From assembly GCA_964016885.1 (NCBI GenBank), contig OZ024741.1:126728001-126792000 (forward strand): 64,000 nt of DNA, written 5' to 3'. A program made the translations under genes and the position numbers. This DNA is from Eledone cirrhosa. Its lineage: Eukaryota. This document shows, piece by piece, positions 54,513 to 64,000 of this stretch; position 1 is the first letter of the stretch, and every line of letters starts with the position of its first letter. The notes beneath the pieces are model-generated. The model ran no database searches, was not told the origin of the DNA, and worked only from the letters and a program-made list of their open reading frames with translations.

Positions 54513-55406
54513 GTCTGTGTACTTTTAAATGTTTCCGAGGGTTTTTTTTATTTTTGTCTTCGTAAAAGCCATCATCATCTATCCGCTCTTGAAATCTCGA
54601 TGATCATACTTAAACTGTATCGATAACAAAAATCATTTGAAAATGTTTAAGTTTTACCCTACCACTTTCTATCGTATATGTACGTGACAAATGATGTGTT
54701 AAAGTTATCTATATCTGTACATCTCCTGCTTGTCTTCATATCTGAATATAATATTTCCATCAATAGCTAGCTGTTTACTCTGCTATGTTTCATTTAAAAA
54801 CACTATCATTACCGCCCTATATAGCCATAGTTCATGACAGCCAGTCATTTTAAACTACTGTTCATAGTTTGAAAAAAATAATCAATACATACTTTCCATT
54901 ATTGGACACATATTTAATGTCACATCACACAACCTGTCATTCTTCTATTCTATTCACCTTACGATCTCCATTCAAGTAAAAGATTAAGGACTTCAGTAGT
55001 TCTGATTAGTACGACATTTTGTCTTGATAAATACAATCACCTGGTTTCTTGTCTTTCCACTTTGTCTTTATACTTCAGTCAGAAAACTTTATATTTAAGT
55101 TAAGAACTCTTTGAAATACAACAGTCTAATAATTACATAGAATTATACGTTGACATTTTAGTTACCTATCTTGTCCTAATGTCTCTAGATCTTTCTTTCA
55201 TACTCGATTTTCTATTTATTTCTCAGTGAAACTATATTATTTGACTAACATTATTCCATTTTTCATTTCTCTTCAATCTGTAACTTTTGTTTTCCTATCT
55301 TTTATTGCTGTACGCACGTAGAGTATATATGTGACTGGTTAAAGTATAGATTTTTGTTTACGAAGAATCGTTCTTCAAACGGACCCGTCCTCCTACGGAA
55401 AATTTA

Positions 55407-55602
55407 GTGAATGTCGTTATTGTTGTCGTTGTTGTTGTTCTTGTTGTTATTGTCTATGTTGTAGTTTTTGTCTATGTCGTTATTGTTGTTGTTGTTGTCG
55501 GTGTTTCTATTGTTTTCACCATCGCGGTTGTTGTCGTTGTCACTGACGTCACGGTCGTTGTTGTCACTGTTATTGTTCTCGCTCTCGTTGTTGTCGCTGT
55601 TT
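55407..55602. repeat. Degenerate (GTT/GTC)n trinucleotide repeat
   Basis: Poly-Val pseudo-ORF. Confidence 0.85.
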
Positions 55603-56848
55603 AGCTCAGATTCAACCTGGTCCCGTAGACGTATAATTAAGCTTTTCTAGCAATGTCAATCACATTTTTGTTTGAAAAATATTATGTGCATCTAGAATTA
55701 CTTTCTTCCTTCGTTTTGTTAAGACGGTACGGTATTATTCGCGAGATATTTAGCGCTATTTCTAGCAGATCAAGCAATTGATTAAAGGTGTCTTTATTGA
55801 GAAAGATCTTACGGCTATTGGGACAGTTTTCTCTTTCGAATAAGCTGTGCAAGTGTCAACGAATAAGCAGAAACATTAATAAGTAATAGTAATTATCTTT
55901 AGTTTTTCCTCATATCATTCACCCGGGAATCAAAAGCCCATTTAGTAGTATAAGCCCAGAGGGCGGATTAATAAATGGTTCACTGGTTTTCACATAGAAC
56001 TTAAAAGAATAACTATAGTACGTAACAATATGTTAGTTCATACCGGAACTGGTCACATAGAATTTAAAATAGATAAAATACAACGACAGACAAAATACGT
56101 AAACCTCCTAAACTTAAACGGAAATACATCGGCATAACTGACCAGAATAGAGTGGTAGGAGTTCGAGAATATTGTGTTATAACAACAAATGGAAATAATA
56201 ATTACTTCATGCATAATTACACGGAAATGCGAATTATACATACATTATTGGAGACCAAATGATGATGGGAATGAAGACTGAATTTGTCATTAACATTTAA
56301 TTGCAGTTTCCTGATTGGGGTTATTAAAATATTTAAACATCACCATTTTGTCTTCTTAAATGCATTACAAAGCTTTCACTAACGAAATACTAGCTTCTAA
56401 TGCTACAACTCAAATCACAATGAACAACTTCATTTAACTGTCAATAGAATAATATGAGGTGACGCTTCAATTTGATTTCTTCTGCAATTAGACGTTTGTT
56501 GAAATCGGTGCAGAAATCAGTGTTTACCATAGTATCGTGGCTTAGAGGTTAGAGTGTTTGACTAACGATCATAAGGTTGTGAGCTCAGCAGTGATTTGTA
56601 TCCCTGTGCAAGACGCTTATTTCTTGTTGCTCCAATTTACTCAGCTGTAAAGAACACTGGTTATACTTGTGATTCAAAGGACCACCCTTATCAGATATTA
56701 CATCACGTTGAATCTACCTGAGAATTACGTTAAGAATACATGTGTGTATGACAGTCTGACCACATGCATGTTAGTTTAACAAACTGGCTGTTTCTTTGCT
56801 AGAACAACTGGAAAACTCATAAGAATCGACGGAGGTCCAATGCACACA

Positions 56849-57352
56849 TACAGGGTGAGTGGAAAGAAACTCCCTATTGAAAATAACTTAGAACTTTTGG
56901 CATACTGTGACCACTTGGGATAACATCAACGACCTCATATCCTTGCAAGATGATGCTCGCTCCTAATTATTTTGCACTCACTGTCCGTGAGTGGCTTGAT
57001 GTCCAATTTCCAGGACGTTGGCTGGGTCGTTGAGGTCCACATGAATGACCAGCAAAGCCATGCGAATTATTCCTGTGGGGGTGAGTGAAGGATGAAATTT
57101 ACTGCTCAAAACTAAAAACTCTGACTCAATTGGAGGAATGCATTCGTAATCTACTGACCAACATACCACCTGAGTTCCTAATGAAGTCAGTTGAATAATT
57201 ACCCAGACGATTACAAACACTAGTGGAGAACGCTGGGGCCTATGTAAAATTTTAACAATGTGCTATATTTCTACTATTACGCTGTTCAAAATAAGACATG
57301 TTTTATGAAAATCGACCAATAATTAATAAATAAATAGGGAATTTCTTTCCAT
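56849..57352. mobile_element. Tc1/mariner-like remnant
   Basis: TACAGGGTGAGTGGAAAGAAACTCCCTATT versus AATAGGGAATTTCTTTCCA, imperfect TIRs. Confidence 0.55.
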
Positions 57353-58176
57353 GAAGTGGCAAAGCCATTAGAGTGTCATATTACACTGAGTTCAAATCCT
57401 GCCAAAGTCAACTTTGTTTATAATCCTTTCGGGATTGATAAATTAAGTATCTATCCAGGGGAAATGGATTTGCAGAATTGTTAAATAGTCGTACAGGATA
57501 GGCTATGGTATATTTTTTCTGCCTCTTGGATGAACGTCATTTACCATAGCCTCTGGTCGATCCAAACATTTTGAATTTTTGTAGATGGAAACTGTTTGGA
57601 AAACCGCCAAACGGACTTTATAAGTAATTCAAACAGCCATCCTTTTATATACTGTGTCATGATGGATCTCGTTAATAGATTTTACATTATGAGTACGTTT
57701 CTTTTGAATTCTCAGTCTCATACCCGTTAATTTCATAGGAATTCTATTCCGTTAATCGAACAACTGAAACACTCAACGTTGAAACTGACGAAGGTCCATT
57801 TTACTTTTACATTTACTGTTGAATTATTTTAATTTATTTCTTCTTCTTCTTCTTCTTCTTCTTCTTCTTCTTCTTCTTCTTCGTATACTTTTTTTTTCTG
57901 AATTCTGTAGATACTAAAGTCGTTTATTCTTTTTATTCTTCCACTGGTTTTAGTCAGTAGACTGCGGGCATGATGGTGCACCGCTTCGATTTAGTCATGC
58001 CGGCCCCAGCACTTAGTGTTTTCAACTCTGATACTTATTTTTTCTCCCCACTAAGGTACGAAACATATACACAGGTACAGGAACAATCGTAACATAGACG
58101 ATACCCATCTTTTTTCCCTTCAGTGGGCTTATACGTTTCGTTATTATTAGACTATTTCGCGAAATCTTCTAATTCA

Positions 58177-58231
<55 letters not shown>

Positions 58232-58385
58232 TATGACGGACTTCTGCAATTTCCCTCTACCAAATTTCACTCAGTTGCGCCATGCTGTAAGAACGAACCC
58301 GAAAGCACATGGTTGAGAAGCGTACTCCTTAACCACACAGCTATGGTTATGCCTATGCACATAGAAAAATAGATTTTATAAATTA

Positions 58386-59229
58386 CTAGCAGTGGTACCC
58401 TGCGTTGCACGGGATAAGGTATTTTGGAACGCGGGCCGCCAACAGACCTAATCGTGGAAAAACTGCATGCCTGGACAATATGTAAAGGAAATAAACCGAA
58501 TACTCTGATGGCTGGATAATCTTTAAGATTTTCCTCGATGAAGCAGGAAAAATACAGGTTTTCACCTAGGGGATCAAGAAACTGAATTTTTTTTATGTGC
58601 ATATGTCTTGAAATTTCGGGAAAATCGGCTAGACGTAACGCCTCCAAAATGCCCTAAAAAGCTGAAAAAATGAAGTTTTTCAACTAATGCGAGCCCAAGG
58701 CCATGAAAAAGTTGGATTTTCTTTGCTCACGGTATAAAGAAGAGACTGACTAATACATAGTTACAATTTCAAAATCGGTCTGACGTAGCGCCTCAAAAAA
58801 CTTCTAAAAACCTTAAAAAACGCAGTTTTTCACATAATCCAGGCCCTAGGAGATCTTTTTATGTGCATAACACTCCCTGTAACATAAGTAATACACATGT
58901 AAAGTTTGAAAAAAATCGGTTGGGTACTTCTCGAGTTTTAGGGATTCAAACTCACACACACACACAGATATTATAAGGGCGCGACGTTATAAGTATGTAT
59001 CTATCTAAAAAGAGAAAGACTAAGAATTATAGAGAGAGATCGCTAAATCGCCTAATGCGGTCCCTAGGGCATTGGAAATTTGAAATTCATTTTGCTCAGA
59101 ACACTCCCTGAAACATAAGTATTACATGTGTAAAGTTTGAAAACAGTCGGGTGGGTGGTTCTCGAGTTTTAGGGATTCAAACTCACACACACACACACAG
59201 ACAGACATCCTCAGTTTTATATATATAGA
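58386..59229 (-). mobile_element. Non-autonomous Helitron with internal duplication
   Basis: A|CTAGCAGTGGTACCCTGCGTTGCACGGG ... CCTCAGTTTTATATATATAGA|T; about 58870-58970 repeated at about 59100-59200. Confidence 0.75.
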
Positions 59230-60313
59230 TATGTGAACCAATTAACTAAAATCTTTGTGATCTATCTAATGTAATATAGTTTTAAACACACACACATACA
59301 CACAGTAAATTTTACCGTTTACTGCAAATATCAAATAGCATAAATTAATAATGTCTCGATGTAGATATCTCAAATGATAAATACTTCATGAGAAACAACT
59401 GAAATATAATTGGTTATCTTTATATAATATTTCTCTCTTGTTTTTGTTTTTAATTTTCTCTGAGTGTTTATATTAAATCTTCTACCGCTTATATCATACA
59501 ACTATCTAGATTTATAGCTTAAAGTTTCGAAGATCATTATTGACCCAGTACAAACAACGGCAGAAGTGTTGCCGTTAATCGAACTTTAAGCACACATTTA
59601 AAATATATTGGCTTAGAACGTCAGTGAAAATTCTGAATATATAAAAGGTTAAACTAAACTCGCCCGCCTCTTTATCTATTTGTATTTTTGTATTTCAAGT
59701 GAAGATACGTACGTTAGTGGTAAGAGTGTTCAGTTCGCAATCTGGAAGAAATTGGTTGGGCTCCACCATGCTTAAAATGTCCAAAACAAGTCATGTTCCA
59801 TGGTCCCTACGGCTCCATCAAGAGTTAAAGGTACTCTATTTTTACTAATGATTAACAATATGATATCGTGTTACAACAATCATAGCATGATTGCATGATA
59901 ATCTTGGTGGGCCATAAAACAATCACAAATTTCATGACTGATGATACAAGATTATTTTATAAATAATTTATTCTCAAAATTATTCTTTTCAATAAAATGT
60001 ATCAATAAACAGAAAATGAAGGGAGCCGATCGTCAGATCGGATTAAAACATTGTGTTTCCAGTCCCCTCGTGAAATTAACGTTTAAGTGGCTTAGCACTC
60101 TACAGATACCTGCACCCTGAGCGTAATTTTCAGGAGATTCAGTATAACAGGTTCAATCCATCTAACGGGTTTCCAAATATTTGTACTCACACGGCATGGC
60201 TCAACTTGAGGTTACGGTAAATGACCCTTCCCGAAGATATTCCACAGACGGAACGAACCTGGGACCTAATTATTGCGAAGCGAACCTTTTAACCATTCGG
60301 CTATGTTGCATCC

Positions 60314-60354
<41 letters not shown>

Positions 60355-61449
60355 GCGTGCGCACACATTAGATTATGTTTGCAACCTGAAACCAAGAGAA
60401 AATGGTTTGAACAGGGAGAAATAAATTTTCGAAAACACTTAAATTTAGTATTGTCATGGTGCAACTAAGCTTTAAATTAATATTATGTTAGTATGATTTA
60501 GTTATTTTTCTTACCTTGGGGGTTTCAAATATTCCACTTCATAACTGCGACATCAAAAGTTTGTGACTTTCCAACAATGCCTGCTTCTGGTCACAGAGCG
60601 TTTAATTTTGGGAATTATGGAGTTTATTTGTAACCGTAAACTAGCTTCTATGTTCAATCTATTTATAAATGTGCTTTATTTTCACTGAATACAGCGGACA
60701 GGTTAATATGCATATGTTGTTGGAAATCGAATTAACACTTTGAAAGCCATTGGGCTTTTAACAATCCACAATTTTGCCAGTTCAACTTGAAAAGTTAAAT
60801 TAAACGAATCTGTAAATAGGTTTTCAATCCGAAGTTAGTTTTCAATTTCAGATAGGAAATAATGTGTTATTAGTTTACGGATTGGACCGCCGTCGGTTAC
60901 TTCGATGATTGTTCCAGCTGCTGGATTCGATCAGTTGAAGAGATTACTCATGTAATTTACGTGTAAGTAGCTGAGACACGTATATCCTTAACATAATTCT
61001 CAGGGAGATTCATTGTGACACAGTACGTGACAAGGATGACCCGTTGAATTACAGGTACAGACCATTCGATGGGTTTACGAACAGTTTCTGTCTACCCAGT
61101 TTCACCCACAAGGCATGGGCCGACGTGAAGCTGTCCAAGATGTCCAAGATGTCACGAAGTTATAGTGAATCCGAAGCCTAATGATTGCGAACAGATCTCC
61201 TTAACCATTAGGTCATGTTGAGTCCACTATTAGTTTGCACATATCAAATGTGTTGCAAAATTGAATATTTTCTATCTTAACTTGGGAAGATTTTATGTGA
61301 GAGTGAAACAACTGCTTATGTTTCAAACCAATCCACATCTTTAGCAGTATGGTTACATATTCAGAGATTTAGTTTAATTTTATGTACATTTATTTTAATT
61401 TAAATTTTGAAACTTGTATGGTAAGAGTAACCTCTTTTAAATAAATGAA

Positions 61450-61630
61450 TATCCAGAACCCAAACTCCACGGCCTTCTCACTCCCTTTGTGAGAAACACC
61501 GCTTCCTATCTCTGGTCATATTGGGCCGTGTGGAGCTGAGTTATCGGGTCAGCTCATCGTGCCATCTTGCCTTTGGCCGCCCTCTGGTTCATCTCCAATG
61601 CCTTGGTGTCTACTCTGCTGCTGTAATAGG
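61450..61630 (-). pseudogene. RTE-clade LINE 3' remnant
   Basis: TPRHWR*TRGRPKARWHDEL...TRDRKR. Confidence 0.65.
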
Positions 61631-62221
61631 CCATCTATTTAACAGCCACGGTAAATGAATATTTAAAAAAAGAAATAAAATCCTTTCCAACCAACGGGGA
61701 TCCTTTTAATCTGTCATATTGAAGACATTGTGTATTTCGTTGGAAGGGAGGCGGTACGAACGTGAATTTGGGTATATGCGTGTATGTATAAAAGATTGGT
61801 GGTGGTAGGGGCAGCGCTTAGATTTTTTTAAAAATCCGGATGATAAAATTATTTCTGTGTAAATAAATATCGTAAATAAAACTATATATATATATATATA
61901 TATGAAAAGTGTAATTTTCTACACAAAACGAAGGTTATAGAGAAAATTGAGGTTGGTAATGGCACATGGAATATATAAGAGACAGAATACTTTTTTGTAA
62001 AAAAACATATAATTTTATAAGGTAAGGAAATAATAAAGGGTATAAAAAATGACCGGTTTCGATGTGTCTGCAAAAGCCATCTTTTCAAATGTTGATTAAT
62101 ATTAAGAAAAATTAATAATACGAAGAGTTAAAATTTGAGATTTGAAAATTCAAGTATAAAATTCATTGTGGGATTTCATAGTAGTTTTCATCTTGGTCGC
62201 AACATGTTGACTGCTGTGTGC

Positions 62222-62265
<44 letters not shown>

Positions 62266-63558
62266 AGAATATTTTCGACTCCCGTGTACGTCAATACTCA
62301 TCTTTTTCCATTTATCCGAGGGTTCTTAACCCCACTATCAGTCTAAATAATTTCTTTAATTTTTTTAGTCAAAATACGGCGATAGCTTACATTTTTAATA
62401 ATATATATATATATATAAACTTATTTAAGAGTAGAAAATATCTGTAGAGGATAGATATTTAGCCCATCACTCATCCTGCGAGCCGATATTTATAAAAGAA
62501 AACAGGTCGGTCTTTTGATCGAACTATGAAAACTACGTTTCCATTGGTGTTGCCATTGCTTATTCTGTCCGTCACAACTCCAGACAGATGTGTCTTCATT
62601 TTTACGACGACATGAGGCAGGATTTAAGCTCAAATCATATATAGATTCGGAACTGATAACACAAAGCATTCTGTACGACGCTTTCGAAATTCTGCTGCTA
62701 CATTATTTATCGACCCAGGAAGGATGACAGGTGAAGTTGACCACTAAGACATTTAAACTCACAACTCAGAAATTCTGAACAATCCTACACTCTAAATCTC
62801 CCTTACCATGCTCCGGGGAAACGCCTCCTCCATTCTGTCCGCCGGGGCTGTGGGGCGGCCAGCACGTGGGACCACATTTTCTCTCAATACAGCGAGATGG
62901 GGAGGGTGAGAGAGATTGAGGCGATGACAGTGGGAGTTCGGCTCTTTCGTGTTCGGACACATTGCACCTGTCATGTAGATCATGTGATATGTTTCCTTAT
63001 ATACTAATTACTCTATCTGTCAACGAGAAACTATGTGAATTAATGAAATTAATAGAGGTCTACTCTTTGTATTGCTGAGGAAAATATTTCCTATTGAACA
63101 CATAACACAAATTATCTAGTCAGGTGCTCTAACAATTGCACCAATCCACTTCTCAGGACTGGTACTTTATTTATCGACCCTGAAAGGATGATCTCGGAGA
63201 ATTTTTAACTCAGAACACAAGGACCTGGAACAAATACCATAACTATTTAATCCGGTAGAGGGTTATGATAATAGTAGGATGATAGATTTGTGATGGTGCT
63301 GGTGATGCTGGTAGTGGTAGTTGTTGTTATGAAAGCGATAGTTTAGTCGTGGTATTAGTATGTAGCATTCATGAGGTTGTTGATAATAGGGTGCGTTTGA
63401 TCTTTTCAAAAGGTCTCGCGGTAGTGATGAGGCAGTTTAAGGTTGACTGTCTTTATATTTCAGTTTGAGGTGAAAGCTTGTCCTTTAAACAAGGATTTAG
63501 TATGTGAGTTCTGTTATTTAGTGTGTTATTTTTCTGTACATTTTTCTTTACAATTTCT

Positions 63559-63592
<34 letters not shown>

Positions 63593-64000
63593 CGGTTTCT
63601 AATCCAGGAATAGGACTCTTTTCTTGGAAGTTTGACATCAACCAGGTAATTATATATGTCCGTCTGTATGTATTGGTACAGATATGAATGTCATTGCTGC
63701 ATGTCTGTATGTTTAAAATTATATATTTGCACATATACATATGTTTCTATATCTACACATGTGTATATGCAGTTAGTACATGATAAGTTTGGGGAATGTT
63801 TTACATAATTTTACAATTCCATTAATGGATTGTATTTGAACATATGTATGTAGTGACAAAAGGTAACAACACGAATCAACAAATGAAAGGTTGTTACTTT
63901 CTTTCATTCGCACATTTTGTCTTGCGGAAGTATAAAGTCTTAGGTAGATATTACCTTAAGGTTCTAGAATATAGAAATGCAACGACGGTATTATCCTGGA

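Noticed and set aside
58125-58175. Minus-strand TAGAAGA...GAAACGTA relic
   Set aside because: No convincing stem I or II
62766-62960. WPPHSP peptide suggesting a mariner transposase
   Set aside because: A single short motif with no TIRs or catalytic context visible

Overview
AT-rich, microsatellite-saturated animal DNA with no recognisable host protein-coding gene. The repeat content suggests a cephalopod such as Octopus (inference). Almost all ORFs in the track are microsatellite translations. The real content is mobile DNA: tRNA-derived SINEs, decayed LINEs (CR1/L2-like, RTE, Tx1-like, an R4/Dong-like RLE fragment), Helitrons, DNA-transposon MITEs and several Penelope-like elements (PLEs), one with a GIY-YIG fragment and one with RT plus GIY-YIG fragments. 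The most notable signal is a dense set of minimal type-I hammerhead ribozyme (HHR) motifs (stem I - CUGANGA - stem II - GAAA - often palindromic stem III - UH - stem I'). They come from many apparently unrelated families and sit almost always next to (TA)n or (CA)n tracts. Several lie in fold-back elements with near-identical inverted arms (3908-4401, 19772-21395, 37657-37858, 43164-43373, 23106-23257). One lies in a non-coding 628-bp-period direct repeat with an intact HHR in each repeat (24125-25099, retrozyme-like). All calls were made by eye; coordinates of decayed elements are approximate.
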